This document shows, piece after piece, positions 43,620 to 58,164 of a stretch of 64,000 nucleotides of DNA. Positions within the stretch are counted from its first letter, which is position 1, and each line of letters opens with the position of its first letter. The DNA comes from Chrysomallon squamiferum (lineage: Eukaryota > Animalia > Mollusca). The notes under the pieces are model-generated. The model was not told the DNA's origin, did not search any database, and worked only from the letters and a program-made list of their open reading frames with translations. The DNA lies in assembly GCA_012295275.1 (NCBI GenBank), contig CM022670.1:4712001-4776000 (forward strand). Reading direction: 5' to 3'. The translations under genes were made by a program, and so were the position numbers.

Positions 43620-45717
43620 TTTTATTTTGTTTCGTTTTAGTTACTTTTCTAAAACTGTGGTATTAACGCATACTATGTTTTGTATTTTTAAAATTATAAG
43701 TTATTATGATGGATTGAAAAATTTAAAAAGACAACAAAATAGATAGATAGGTAGATAGGCTATCATCATAATCATAATCATAATCATAATCATAATCATT
43801 ATTATTTACTGATTCGAAGATAATGTTCATTTATCTGATTGTTCATCGTGTGCTTTTTTGTTGTCATTTAAATAATTGTTATATATTTTAGTTTTCTCTT
43901 ATTATTTTCCGTTACTTAATACATATTTTGGCTCGAAGATGTTTATTGTTCTTTTTTGGGGGGATGGGGGGGTCGCCTATTTGCTTTCATTCTTTTTATC
44001 CTGTTTATTTTCTTTTCATTCTTTTCCTTAAACGTGTATGCATTTGAGTCATCCTTTTAATAAGCGATTTGCACAGATGTACAATTACACTTCATTATCA
44101 AACCACTCGTCCCTAACCCACTGCTAATTAACGACTGACAAACACAGTTAAAGTCTAACAGTCTTTGGTCAACATCCTGCCATTGTTGTCACAAACATCT
44201 TCACACAACGTACAATTACCCAATTACCATGTGGATTATCTCAACAAATGTCCCCCCCCCCTCGTGCTTCCCTGGTTGTCAGTTAATGGGAGGTTCCGAT
44301 CTGGAGGCACCCAACAAGGGAATGATTCTTGCGACCGTCATGCTGAAAACTGGGTGTATTCTGTTGACGGTTGTTTGTGCAGGCTGCCATGTTGGATTTA
44401 CGCAATGCCTCCCAGCAGCCAAACCGAAGCCATTCAAGTTTTTTATGTAATAAACAGAAAGTCAGAGTCGGGTTATTTTTATTAACTACGGTTCGTAATT
44501 GGAAGACGTGTACACCCGTGGATGTGTTTCAGAGTCAGCGGACTTTTCGTCCTCGGGCTTCATCTGAAACCACTGACTAATAATTAATTTGCCCAACACT
44601 TCACTGCAGACTTTGTGCGACTATGATGGTATTTTGAGTTAAAATATTTTCCAGCATAGAGAGCCTAGGGAAGAAAAAAAAAAGAGAAAGAAATGATGAT
44701 AAACCAAGTATCTTATTACTTTATCAACGTCGGTTGTATTGAGTATTAGTTTTTGTTTGTTTTAATACAAATGTAGTTGAAATGTCGTGTAAATAAAATA
44801 ATATTGGATGTCTTAAGTTTGCTTACGATCATCCAAGTTTATATATATATATATATATATATGTATCATTTATTATTATCTTTTTTAATTCTTAGAAAAT
44901 CATCATCATCGCCATCAAAATTATCTTCATCATCTTTATATTAATAAATATTTCAGCAGGAGTGGATGTAGTAGTGGTAGAGGTAGTAGTAGTTTGAGTA
45001 GCATTAGTGGTGATAATAGTATTAGTAGTAGTAACAGTTGTAGTGATGATAATAGTTGTAAATGTTGTTGTTACAAAACACAAGATAATACACACGTGTA
45101 ATTACACGTGTGAAGTACGGCTATGTATTGTAACGTCTGGACCAATTGATTTGTCTGGACTGTAGGATTAAGATAGCAGTTATCTGGCTAGAAGTGAGAC
45201 GAGATAGCGAGTGTTTGCGTATCAGTGAGATGAAGATAGTCTTGTCAGCCTCTCTGTGGAGGCTTTGTGGGGTAACCAAGGATTTAAAAAGAGGTCACAG
45301 TGACCTCTGTTTTAAAGTTCCGGTGTTGTGAAATATTTTCAATTATTACGCTTAAATTATTTAAATTTGTAAATGTTTCAAGAGTTTTCGGGGTTTTCTT
45401 AGCAGAAAATGGAAGTAAATTTATTTATTTATTTCACTACGTTTTTCAATTTAATTTTTTGTTCACTGAGATAATGAAATGAATGACAAAAATACATACC
45501 CACACATCCAAGAGTGGAATTATTCTTCATAATTAGATGTGTAATGAAATATGTTTGACACACTGATAATCTTTTATAAGCGAATTATTTTAATAATAAT
45601 AATAATTATCATCATCACCATCATTATTATTATTATTATTATCATTATCAGGTGTAATCATATGTTTGTGGCATCTAATACACCAGACAGAAAGCATTCT
45701 GCAACTAGCCTCACCAG

Positions 45718-45782
45718 TTAGCAGCAAAGGATCTTTTATAGGCATCATCCAATTTGTGGAGCTTCTGTTGGAACAGGAAATA
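45718..45782. mobile_element. Degenerate fragment of a gastropod SINE-like repeat
   Basis: TTAGCAGCAAAGGATCTTTTATAGGCATCATCC...TTGTGGAGCTTCTGTTGGAACAGGAAA resembles, from memory only, an abundant gastropod repeat (…TTAGCAGCAAGGGATCTTTTATATGCACCATCCC…GTTGTGGAGCACTGGCTGGAACGAGAAA…). Confidence 0.4.
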
Positions 45783-48700
45783 TAAAATTAGCGCCATATC
45801 AGGACTCTCTTTGCTTTCGAGATATTGGTGTTGAAATACACATCACAGAGATAAACAAAGGATGACAATGTTAGAATGGTGACAGATCAGACCATTCGAT
45901 AACATTATTCATGCCGCTGTAACTACGGATGGATAACACTTACATTGTCTGGTAGACCTTGATACGCAGAGTATTACTTCGTCTGTGCGTGACGTCATCT
46001 TACGTAATGCGACATCCTCATTGGATTACAGAACTTTACAGTACACAAACGACTGATACATAATATTATTGTCAAATTAACAATACGCAAGTAAAATCTC
46101 AGCCGTGTCTCTTTTAGAATTGAAATTTATATTTAATTATTTTTTGTTTTCGTATTCTACTAGTTCTATATGAAATTAAATAAATAAATATTGAAGACGC
46201 TAATAATTATTAATCAAAAATATTTCAAATCAGTTCCTCATATAATTATTAAATTTCGTATGCATGATTTCTTTGAGTGCTTGTTTTTATTCTTGTGTCT
46301 GTTTCCTTTGGTTATTATCCAGCATGACAAAAGTGACAGTAAGCAGCCCAGTGAATGTGTTACTATACAGATGGATACACATATAGTCAGACATATATAA
46401 TATTTCTTATAAATTAAACAGTCACCTGATATAACAACAATAAGCATACCAAAATGTTAAAAACAATTTTTTTTAAATGTTGAAAAAGAAACTTCACTCA
46501 CTCGAAACACTATAGCTTTCTTTAACATTGCTTATAAATTTCATCAAACACAAAATTTCAGGCATCTCACACAGAACACTTTCAACAAGGCTATCAGTTT
46601 AATGAACTGTCAGTCTTTTTTAGCAGTTCGGCCGTAACCATATTGACATGGCGCTTGCTTAACCAGACCCAACACTTAGCGCTGGGTCGCAACACCTGGT
46701 CAAGTGCCAGGCTAAGGTGGAATTTACTTTTCCACAAACTGAAACTATGGGCAAGTGTGTGCCCTGCCATTTAGTAGAGTCCTGTTAAAAACCCAGAATG
46801 AGACACGAACCCATGTTAATCCCTCGAGGGATTATTCTAGCGCCGAGAACGGAACCGAAACAAGAGCACGGGATGTTTTCACTGTGTGCGAGAAAGCTTT
46901 TGTTTTGAATCAAGTGTTTTCTTCGCTAACTCTGTTAAACAAAACGGCAAAATGAAGTGATAATTAAACACTGATTGTTGTATAACAGAAGAGAGAAAAG
47001 ACTGATGTGTTTTAACTGTGTATGCATTGAGAAATTTACTTTTTTACGCAATCGCACACATATACCGAGTGATACGCAGAAAAGTAATTTAGGTATGAAT
47101 AGGATGGCACTAAAGTTACACTTGAAGTTAATTATAGTTCAAGACTCCGAACATTTTATGTAAGGAATGTAGTGTTTATTTTGTAAACCGTTTCACATTA
47201 TTGAAAGATAATAATTTAGATATCTAAATCTTGTGCAGTTCAATATATATATTCATCTTTTTAGTTTTCTTTTCTTCTTTTTTTTTATTTATTTAATTTT
47301 TTATTTCTGTTGTAATTATATGCCTCCAACACTAATAAATCAAAATGTGAAATCAGTCCAACTGAATCGTGCTTACGTCTGCTAAAGGTTAAAGCACGGT
47401 TTTCAGCGTGCAATACAATCCAGAATCCTTATTGTCTTTGCAACTAGCATCAGTATGTGCTAATGTACCTTATAATTTCAGTTAGATTAAAAGATGCTCT
47501 AGCTGACATATTTCCATACATGCTAACACTGCACTAGAATGCAAACCCCCAGTACTTTCAATGTCTAAGCTTGTTACCTAAGTCTGATACTTTTGAGGCT
47601 GGTGGGGGAAAAAGGTTAAAATCTTGACTATATTTAGATTCAGGGATCAACATGGCACTACACAAGTATGCCTTGATGTGGGCTTGAACATGTGAAACAC
47701 AAAAGTAGTGAGAATAAACAGAGTGATTTGTTCAGTACAGTTCGTCTTGTTAATGTCCTGGTGCTCAGAAAGCAGAGGATTAGGAACATCTTTGTAGATG
47801 CCGTTACAGCTTGATTAATGAGGTGTGTACACATTCAGTGTTAACTTCTGAAGTCTGGGATGTGTAATGACTAGTAAAATTGTTAGTTCTGTCACTCTTT
47901 CACAAATTCTTTGACTTTCAGAAGAAAAAAATATACTTAATTAAGTAATATTCTTTTTATTGCTCTGTCACATTCTCTCAGTCTTTTTTATTTTATTGTT
48001 TTCTATCTTTCTCACAAGCTCTCTCTCTCTCTGTCTCCCTCTATTTTCAGTCTCTGACTCTCTTTTCTTTCTGTCTCTTGTCACATTCAACCATTCCCAA
48101 AATGACAACATTCTCCTTTATCAATTCACCTAGAATTTTGTATGAAAAATATTTAAAATACCTTGGTATACATTACAATAATCCTCCTCAAACAAGAAAG
48201 ATGTATTTATAAAATTTACTTATTTCTAATTTGTCATACAGGCCGGTTTCACCATCGCTCTGACACTGTGTGTTGTATCAGTCTTTTTATGCCAATATTG
48301 AAAATAAGCAAAGGTTTGTTTAATCACAAAACACCTTCCCAAGAGATAACAGTGCAGTCCGGGCCTAGGGGCAGATGAAAGACCGACACCCAGGCATGAT
48401 GAAAAAGCTTTGGCTTTTTGCTGAAACGCTCACAGTTTGTTGACTGTCGCTAACTCTGTTTTCTTTGTATACAGTTTTAATTGGCTGGTCTCATAGATCT
48501 GTTTGTGTGTTCTCCCATGTTTTAACTCTTGTCACGGACACCTGGAACTTTGAGCTTAGTTCATGATTTGTCAGTAACAAAAAAATATATAGGCTTCTTA
48601 CAGATTTTTGTAGATTGAGAAATCTTGGTACAGTGAATAGATAAAGCCTACTCAAAGATCTAGTATAATTTGTGTGATGAATTATAATGCCGAAAAATTC

Positions 48701-49286
48701 AGAGATCTAGAATAATTTATAGTATGTAAAAATTCTACATAGTTTTGTACTTTTTCTTCTTTTTTTTTTTCTTTTTTTTAAATTTATTTATTTATTTATT
48801 TTTATGGATTAAAATCTTACTTTTTTGTTTTATTTATAAATGATAAAATAGTTGTGTTGCTGGCTTCTGATTTACTGAAAATAAATTAACCTGTTATTTT
48901 TATTTTTTATCTTTTAAATTTCTGCCCATATTGTTTTTTACTCCTTAATTCATAAAATAGTTTTTATGCACAGTTTCAACTGTAATATATACAACATAAA
49001 GATATATATTTTATTTCCTTTGTTGTTGTTGCAAAGTTACTCATTTTTTTAACTTGTATATTTTATTACTTATTTATTAAAGCATTCCTATAATTACTAT
49101 ATAGTTACTGTTGTTCTTGTTGTGTTGTATTGCCATTACTATAATTATAGACCAGTACAGTACAGTATAGTATTGTATAGTATGCTATGGTAATATCTTT
49201 TAGTACAGCTTAATACAGTAAAGTATAGTATAGCTATAGCATGGTGTTATCATCATAATCATTACATATTTCCATTTCTGCTTACT

Positions 49287-49336
<50 letters not shown>

Positions 49337-51159
49337 TAATTAATGAATGAATAATGTTTTTCAATTTGTTACAACTTTATATTTCTAGACTGCTGAGACA
49401 TCGATAGTTTTAGACGCAGATCATTGCTGCACGTTGCAGGTGTTAACAACGTTTTCCAGACACCTGATTTGTCATCTCCGGTTTTGTCACCCGGTGCTGC
49501 AGCTTAGTTTGAGTTCTTGTTGTTCACTCTGCACACTTCCAGTGTTTTACAGCCAAAAGGCTTTGCTCCATACTTTGTTAGGAATGATCCAATATTTGCC
49601 TGGGATGAGCAGGTTTGTTTGGAGAAAGATATCCTTTCTAATTTTTCTGTCCTCTGTGTTTGTTTTCAGATCAATGTTTTGTCATATTGTGAAGGGAAAA
49701 AAAAAAAAAACATGAGAAAAAAACTAGATGAACCTGTTTTGTAGGCATTTCAGATATCTTGTTAATTTTTTTTTTTTTTTTTCTTCTTCTTTTTGTTTTT
49801 GTTTTTGGAGTTTTGTGATTTTTTTTTAGTTTGTTTTTGGTGGTGGTGTTAGTTATTTTTAAAGAAATAAAGATTTATGTCTCAGAATTTTAATATATAT
49901 ATATATTTTAATAAATATATTTAATATTAGTAATTGTTGTTGTTATTTTCATTATTGTTGTTGTTGTTGTTATTGTTATTATTAAACAAATAACAGAATC
50001 ATAACTTATTTTTTGTTATCACTTTTTAAATTTATATTAAAAGAATTTTAAATGTCTTCATTATTTTTATTTATTTATTTTATTTTTTTATTTTTTTTGA
50101 GTTATTTTTCTTTTTTGTTTTCCCCTTTTCACAGATTGATTATATTATAATCTTTAATCTTCCTATTTATTTTTTGTTTTCAAATTTAATGATCACACCA
50201 ATTTGAAACGAAACTTTATACTCAGTTTAATTTAAAGTACTGATCAAAATTCAGTTAAAACTCCATTTGTAAAATATATCCCATTATCATTTAAGATTTT
50301 TAATTTTCTGAGCTTAAGAAATGGAGTAATAGGTTAGCTTCTGTGTCCACTTAATCCTTATTAACAGACTTTTTTTTTATTTATATGATTTTTGAGTTAT
50401 TATTATTTTTTTTTTTTTTTAATGTTTCAGGCATTTGTCTAGAGTAATGTTTTTCAACTAGTTTTACTAATTCTACAGCTGATTACTACCATTGCTACTA
50501 CTACCACAACTACTGCTACTGCTAGCACTGCAAATACTACCACCATATTATTACTAAAGCAACTATTACTGCTGCTACTAATACCATTACTACTACTGCT
50601 TCTATATTACAACTAGTCCAACTACCTACTACAGCAACTACTATTACTATTACTACTGTTATTATTTATATGAACACTATTTTAAGATATTTAAATCTAC
50701 AGAAGTGAAATATTTCCTAACAAAAAATGACACAGCTTTTGGACATATCTGACTTGTTTCCATCTCAAAACTATTCTAGTATTCAAATCATAAATTAAAC
50801 ATCAGCTTTCACATCACAGATTTCTGTTAGCTACTTGACAAAATATGTTCAGGACATAACTCAGGCAAAATAAAAAATGGTGCCCCTAAGCGTTTCTCCA
50901 AAATGAATTTACTCAAAAAAGCTGCCCATATATTTAACTGTAATGCACAATACACTGACGCTTCTCTCATAAATGAATTAATAATTTCCTCAGATTGCCT
51001 TCTTCACCGTTTCTACCTCAAAAGCAAAAGTCAACAGACCTGTCCATAAAATGCATACTTAAACCTGATGTGTAAAACCGCATTAATAACAATTTCTTTA
51101 CACAAACACCACTGAGATTCAAATTCTCCACTCATTAGGAGAGAGCTTTTCCAGCAGTC

Positions 51160-51290
51160 CACACAGACGCGTCAAAAATCAGCGTGTCAATCATAATCCT
51201 CGTTCTCTCAAACAGGCCGGCCCCTTTTCAGATCTCATTGGACGAGGACAAGATAAGGAGGCGTGTCCTGCTTCGTGACAAGCAGCTGAG
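51160..51290 (+). promoter_or_regulatory. Putative protocadherin B promoter (inverted CCAAT plus Sp/KLF-like box)
   Basis: ATTGG at 51237-51241 and AGGAGGCGTGTC at 51256-51267, in a local CpG cluster inside an otherwise CpG-poor region. Confidence 0.6.
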
Positions 51291-51447
51291 TGGAGTGTGC
51301 TGGGTTCTTGGTGCAGCTGAAGAAAGAGAGGACACTTTAATACAGTGGTGTGTCTACATGTGCCCTCCAGTCAACTGTTACCTCTCAGAACGTCCACTCA
51401 GTGCTAGCTCAGGTGTGTTGTACATGCAAGAGAGTACCTTATCACAG
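51290..51447 (+). other. Putative non-coding first exon of protocadherin B
   Basis: Donor CAG|GTAAAA at 51447/51448 (alternative CAG|GTAATC at 51473/51474). Acceptor TTTTATCTTTGTTTTTGCAG| at 52452/52453 (alternative TTTCAG| at 52658/52659). The TSS is approximate. Confidence 0.55.
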
Positions 51448-51808
51448 GTAAAAATGTTGTTAGATTTAGACAGGTAATCATAATGGTTGCCTAAGGTGAT
51501 GCAGTTTTAAATTGTTTTCTTAAATGTTGAAAATAATATTTTAAATTTTTGATTTGATTTCAAGAAGTGTTATTTTTTTCTGTTTTATTTTATTTTATTT
51601 ATTTTTATTTTTTTCTGTTTTATTTTATTTTATTTATTTTTATTTATTTATATTTTATGTTTTATTCTTATGTGAAAAATAGTATTTTAAGTTTTTGTGT
51701 TATTTTTAAGAAGTATTAAAATTTCCTTTTTTCTCTTATATAGGAAAAACTGTATTCTTAACTACAAAATGTGTGGAAAATTAATATTTTTTATTTTATC
51801 TATGCCAA

Positions 51809-51845
<37 letters not shown>

Positions 51846-52684
51846 CATATTGAAACAAAAATCTTTTGGATTTACTCAGAATGCACTGTTCTTGTTATTA
51901 CTTTATTTACTGTATATACCATATTCAAGTATCTCTTATTTAACATATTTATACAAGAGTGTTAATTCACTGCTAAATGATAGTTACTGCCCTGTTGTTA
52001 CTGCTGTTTTCATGGTTGTATAAGTTGTTAATTATGGAAAAATTGCTAGGAAACCATTTTCATATATGAAACACTAATACAGTGTTTTTGGAAGATTTTT
52101 CTTTCTCCAGTATGAATTAACAATATTTATATAGTTCTGTACTGCTCCTTATTTTGCTCTGTATTTCTCTGTATATATTTTTTTTCACTAATAGTTATTT
52201 GCCTGTTCTTTTATTTTTATTATTATTTTTATTCCATTTTGTGTTTCTTTGCTTCTTCTTGGTCTCTTTTTTTCACTCTATATACATTCACCTATACAGT
52301 GATGTTTACTTGTCATGCAATTTTATTTAAAACCAAACATTTATAATTATAAAATATACTAAATTGATTTTTGAACTGTGTGAAAAGTGCTAAAAAAAAA
52401 AAGATTTCAGTTTAAAAAAATAGAAATATTATTTTTATCTTTGTTTTTGCAGCTTCTAGACAAACTAGGAGAATGTTAATTAAGAAGATTACAGCCAAAA
52501 CATGAACCAGCTGTAGAGAAGAAATCCTGGAGATTACTGAGATAGTCCTGCTGAAGAATCTGTGTTGATGCCTGGTTTTATTTTTCTCTAAACTGTCTTA
52601 AAATCAGCTAGTCTGGAGAAAAGTAATAAATACTTAAGAAAAAAGTCTGAGCTTTCAGGTGCAAAGAGTTAAAATTAAATTAAA

Positions 52685-55236
52685 ATGGAAAAATATCTTT
52701 CCTCCATTTTGGTTTGGACTGGTTTTCAGTTAGTAATTCTGGTATCCACACAAGATGTAACGTACACCATCAAGGAAGAAATACCAGTCAACTCTCTGAT
52801 TGGCAACATCGGCAAAGACACCTCAGTGGTGGATCGTGTCAGCATCGACAACATGGATGCACTGAAGTACAGCATTCTGACAACTGGAAACAGCCACGCC
52901 AAGTTATTTTCTGTCAATCCTGACCAAGGCGATCTGACGTCTGCGTCCAGAATTGACCGAGAAAAACTTTGCCCATTTACATCACTTTGTTCTGTGTCAC
53001 TGGAAATTGCTGTTCGTTCAGAGACCAATTTTTTCAGTTTTGAAGTTAAAATCGTTATTGAAGATACAAATGACAATAATCCTGCATTTCCAGTGAAGTC
53101 AATAAAACTGGAAATATCAGAATCTTCACAGTTAGGGGAGCCATTTTCTTTTGCTGGAGCTGTAGATAACGATACGGAGAAAAATTCAATCATCAGCTAC
53201 TCTCTCCTCCCAGAAACTGTTCCTTTCAGTGTGGATTTTACAAAAAACCTCGATGGGACTTCAACTGTCAGCATCGTGGTCAAAGAAGAGCTTGACAGAG
53301 AAAAACTGCATTTTATTATTTGACTCTGTTGGCCAAAGATGGTGGCTCACCACAGAAAACTGGCTCAATGTTTGTTAACGTGACAATTCTCGATTCCAAC
53401 GACAATTCACCACAGTTTACATTCGCTGTGTATAACGCAACACTGAAGGAGAACGCCCCAGTGAATACCTCATTTGTGAGAGTGAAGGCAAATGACAGAG
53501 ATGCAGGAAACAACAGTAAAGTGTTCTACAGACTCAGCAGTCACCAACCAGAAGAACATCTTCACTATTTCTCAGTTGATTCCACATCAGGTGATATGAA
53601 AGTACAAGTAGCTCCCCCTAGTGGTCATATCAGAGTGATTGTTGAAGCCAGTGATAAAGGCAGACCACCCAAAGTGGCTCAAGCATTTGTGGACATCACC
53701 GTGCTGGACACTAAAAACCAGCGCCCTTCTATTACTGTTAATTTGTTTAATGGAATTGCGAAAGCTCATATTTCTGAATTTAAGAAGCCTGGCTACGCTT
53801 TTGCTCATGTGAAAATCTTTGACCCTGACACTGGGAGGAATGGAAATGTCACCTGTCAGAGTCAGACAGACATCTTCTCACTGCAGCAGCTGAACATCAA
53901 AGAATACACTGTGATTGTTGCAAGCAACTTGGACAGAGAAAACACATCTAAATACACCGTGGTGATTTTCTGTGAAGATGATGGGCAGCCCAAGTTAAAC
54001 GCCAGTGCAACATTTGATGTGGTGATAGATGATGAAAATGACAATGCCCCCGAGTTTCTGCAAACTGTGTATGAGATCAGCATTCCTGAAAACAACGCAG
54101 TGAATGACACAATCCTTCAAGTGGCAGCAACAGACAAAGATTCTGGGATTAATTCTCAGATATCTTTCAAAATCTCACAGGAAGGGCAGCCATATTTCTT
54201 CTTTCAGCCTGGCAGTTCTGTTATAAGAGTGAAGATCTCGTTTGACAGAGAGAAGAAGTCAGAATACACATTTGAAGTCTTAGCTGTTGATGGTGGAACA
54301 CCAAGACTGACATCCACAGCTGAGGTAAAAATAACCATTATAGATCTAAATGATGAAAGACCAAAATTCGATGAAGAGTCGTACACATTTTACATTGAAG
54401 AAAATTCTTCTGTTGGCAGTGTTATTGGAGATGTGAGAGCCACAGACAGGGACAGTGGAAGTGGAGGAACATTTTCACTTGTTTTGTCATCTTCATACAA
54501 GTCAAAACCACTTCCATTCACAGTTCTTCAAAATGGAACCATCATCTCTACCGAACCTCTTGATGCCGAAGCAGAAAGCATTTATCAGTTCCAGGTCATT
54601 GCAACTGACCATGCACTCAGTCCTCTGATTGGTATAGCCAATGTCCAGGTTTTAGTCACCGACCAAAATGAACATGAACCATATTTCATGTTCCCTAACA
54701 ACGTCAACAATAGCATCATCATTTTTGCCCCACGCCATTCAGGCAGGGCCATATTGTGGGTGCAGGCCTATGATGATGATGTAGATGATGCTGATGATCT
54801 GGTGTATTCACTGATGGATAAAAACGATTCGGGAATATTTAAAATTAACACTTCCACTGGACAGATTGTTTTGATAAAGGATGTTGGTGAAGCCGATGTT
54901 GGTTATTATGAGCTTCAAGTCACCGCATCAGACAAACATGACCCACCACGTTTCCATTCTGAAACTTTGAAAGTTGTTATCAAGTTTAAACCACAGCAAC
55001 AAGCAGCGAGTGACAGCGATCACTACATCATCATCGTCATTGCTATTGTTTGTGTCACTGCTGTAGTGGCTGCTGCTGTGCTGGTGACACTGTGCTACCT
55101 GCGCAAACATGACAAAGATATGGAATTGAAGAGATCATTTTCCTGCAGGTCTGAGAAGCCAAAAGTTCAAGTCCCAGTTGTGTACGATGAAACCAGCAGA
55201 AGTGAAAATGTCAAAACACCACTTCATGATTTGAAT
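52685..55236 (+). CDS. Protocadherin B, giant coding exon (signal peptide, EC1-EC7, TM, juxtamembrane tail); 1-nt frameshift at 53301-53305
   Basis: The two track ORFs (52685-53323 and 53320-55272) join if the A5 run at 53301-53305 is A6 (LDREKTAFYYLTLLAKDGG). Motifs include DREKLCPFTSLC, DTNDNNP, DSNDNSP, DTKNQRP, DENDNAP, DLNDERP and DQNEHEP. The TM is YIIIVIAIVCVTAVVAAAVLVTLCYL. A phase-0 donor AAT|GTAAGT lies at 55236/55237. Confidence 0.93.
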
Positions 55237-56200
55237 GTAAGTTTAATTTACTGTTGTTTCTGGATTTTTTAAATTTATCTCAAGCTTTTTGTCTTAAATT
55301 TAACTATATAGTTCTTACAGATATAATGATACTAAAAAATACAGACGGCAGAAAGATATAAACATACTTATTATTATGTATATATGTGCATCCCTCCATG
55401 CATCTTTCTATTAACCTATACACACACAAACTTCTTATCTTTGCAAGCTTTAAATGTACATATAAATGCATACATTCATATACAAACATACATAACTAAA
55501 TATATATACCCAAAAATAATTACTTTTGTTAGTATGTTATTAATCTTTAGTAAAACAAAAAGCATCATTTTACAAACTTCTTCTCTTTTTTTTAAAAAAA
55601 ACAACCCAAGAAAACAAAAGAAAACAAACAGTGCATCCCTTTCAAACTTAAAAATACCTGCTGACCAAAACCAACATAGATCCTGGTTACAACAACCCAA
55701 ACCTCTGTTTAACAAACAGGCCACACAGATTTGCTTTCGGTACATATTACAAGACTGGAATAGTTTCCACTGTTTCCTCTCTTTTCATGATGACAAGTGT
55801 TAAATTTTCAAACTGACAAGAAATTCTCAGCCCCAGCAAATGATGTGTGGTAAAAAACCGGAAGCCCGAGAAGATCATTGGAGAATGTTAATCCTTTCCA
55901 ATTTAGTGATAGCTGTGAATCTCATTCCAGGTCCAACCTGTGTCCCTGTTTGTTGTTGTCAGACCATCTCTCAACACTGAAATGTTTCTCTTTGTTTTGT
56001 TTGTCTCAGAAAAATTCTGTGTTGACTGTATCAAGCTTGTGTAAAAGGCTGGAGAGTTAATATAAAGTTCAGTCCTCCAGTGTGAATGTATTAATCTATA
56101 TCCAGTTCCAACTGCATTCTGCAATTTTTATATATTACAGTTATTTTATTTGTCTCAGAAAATCTGATATTGACTTACGTGTGTATGTGCATGAATACAC

Positions 56201-56354
56201 GTATGTATGTATGTATGTATGTATGTATGTATGTATGTGTGTATGTATGTATGTATGTATGTATGTATGTATGTATGTATGTATGTATGTATGTATGTAT
56301 GTATGTATGTATGTATGTACGTGTGTATGTATGTATGTATGTGTGTATGTATGT
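56201..56354. repeat. (TATG)n microsatellite
   Basis: Direct reading. Confidence 0.95.
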
Positions 56355-57102
56355 ATTAATTTATATAAGAGTTTTCACAGCCACTACATCTTAGTTAACA
56401 TAATCTCTAGTTTTATTACATCAACTGTACACATGTCATGTAAATAACACTGCTTCACTCGTATATGTGACAAGGATAAATCTGTCTGCAGTAATGTATC
56501 CACAATGTCTTTAGTCTGTCACATTTATAAAACTTATTACCAAGAACAAGCAATTGGGATTTTATGTGCATTAAATCTGAGCAGGGGGTCACAAATTACT
56601 CATTTGTTTCGTGATATTGCTGTTTGCATGTAGCCATTTTGGTGGATTATTCTGACAGTTGAAATTTTACTGTTGTTAATTTGTTCTGTTTGTGCCGTGT
56701 TATACACTAAAGTAACTGGATTTTGTTTTATCATGGACTTCACATATTATGAAAGTTTATCTTTCTTTGTTTTAATATAAGAGTTGCGCATGAGACCCAG
56801 CCATATATTCATATATTCGTACAAATCCAAATATATATATGCATTCTTGCACACTTACAGTCATTTATATATAGATGGATGGATAGATAGATAAATATAA
56901 ATATATATGTATATTCAAAATGACTTTCCTTCATAAAAAAAAAATACATACATATATATAGATACATTCATAATACATACATATAATTATACATATAAAA
57001 TAAATAAATGACTTTTTAACAATAAAAACAAAAACAGCAATACCCTATTACAACTTTAAATACATTCAATAATTTATAAATAAATTATTTATTTGTTAAC
57101 AG

Positions 57103-57258
57103 CCTTCGCTGAGAGGTGGAAGTGTGGACAAAACACAGACACACAGAGAGATGTACAGAAGTGACACTTTCACAGATCTTAGTCACGACTCTGTACGCAC
57201 ATTTTACAACACAAAACACACAACACACAACTCACTCGTAGAACATACTAACATTAAT
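57103..57258 (+). CDS. Protocadherin B cytoplasmic exon (156 bp, 52 aa, phase 0-0)
   Basis: Acceptor TTATTTGTTAACAG|, open frame PSLRGGSVDKTQTHREMYRSDTFTDLSHDSVRTFYNTKHTTHNSLVEHTNIN, donor AAT|GTAAGT. The phases match both flanking exons. Confidence 0.75.
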
Positions 57259-58094
57259 GTAAGTATTCTCATTTCTTATTTATTTCTGTCTTATTTTCTG
57301 CGTAATTAGTAATTTTATTTTAGAGAGATATAGTATCTGTTTTTGTTGGGGTTATTTAATTTTTTCAATATTTTTCAATATTTTTATTGTTTGTATTTGA
57401 TATGGTGAAGTTGAAATTATTTGAAGAGAAACACCTTTATTCAGAAAATATAGAAATAAATAATGTTATTTAACTTCAGTAGTGCTGTTTTCTAATTCCA
57501 TTTTGCTATATTTTTCAATTATATATATTTATATTGTTTTTACTATTATTATTATTGTTTTTAATATTATTATTATTATTATTTTCATTATTATTTTATT
57601 AATATTATTATCATGATCATCACCTTTATTATTATTATTTTATTATTATTATTATTACTATTATGCTTTATTTTTCATGTTTACTGAAATTTGAATCATC
57701 TTTAGCACACAATTAGTTAAATCAGTTCTTGCGCTCTTTTCAAAGATAAACAAAAAGATTAAAGAACATAAATAAACAATTTGCAGGGATAAAAGGCTTT
57801 GTAGTTTACAAAGTCTGAAATGTATACTTGTAGTCGCAATACCGTGATAGATATGTTTCACAGATTGTAACATCACAAACATCACTGTATCTGTTAAATA
57901 ACAGTATATTTTACAAAGGACTGTGGTATAGATAGAAAGATAGACAAGAGTGACTGACAGAAAAAAATTATAGTTACATAGCTAAATAGATGGACAGACA
58001 GATATAGTGAGAAGTAAAGAAATAGACAGAAGAAGTTCAGACATGTAAATATATAGACAAAAAGAGACAGATGTGATTATAGATAGAGAGACAA

Positions 58095-58164
<70 letters not shown>

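Noticed and set aside
52726-55110. Antisense and alternate-frame ORFs over Pcdh B, and 406-600 and 1573-1788 over Pcdh A
   Set aside because: These are shadow ORFs of the real cadherin reading frames.
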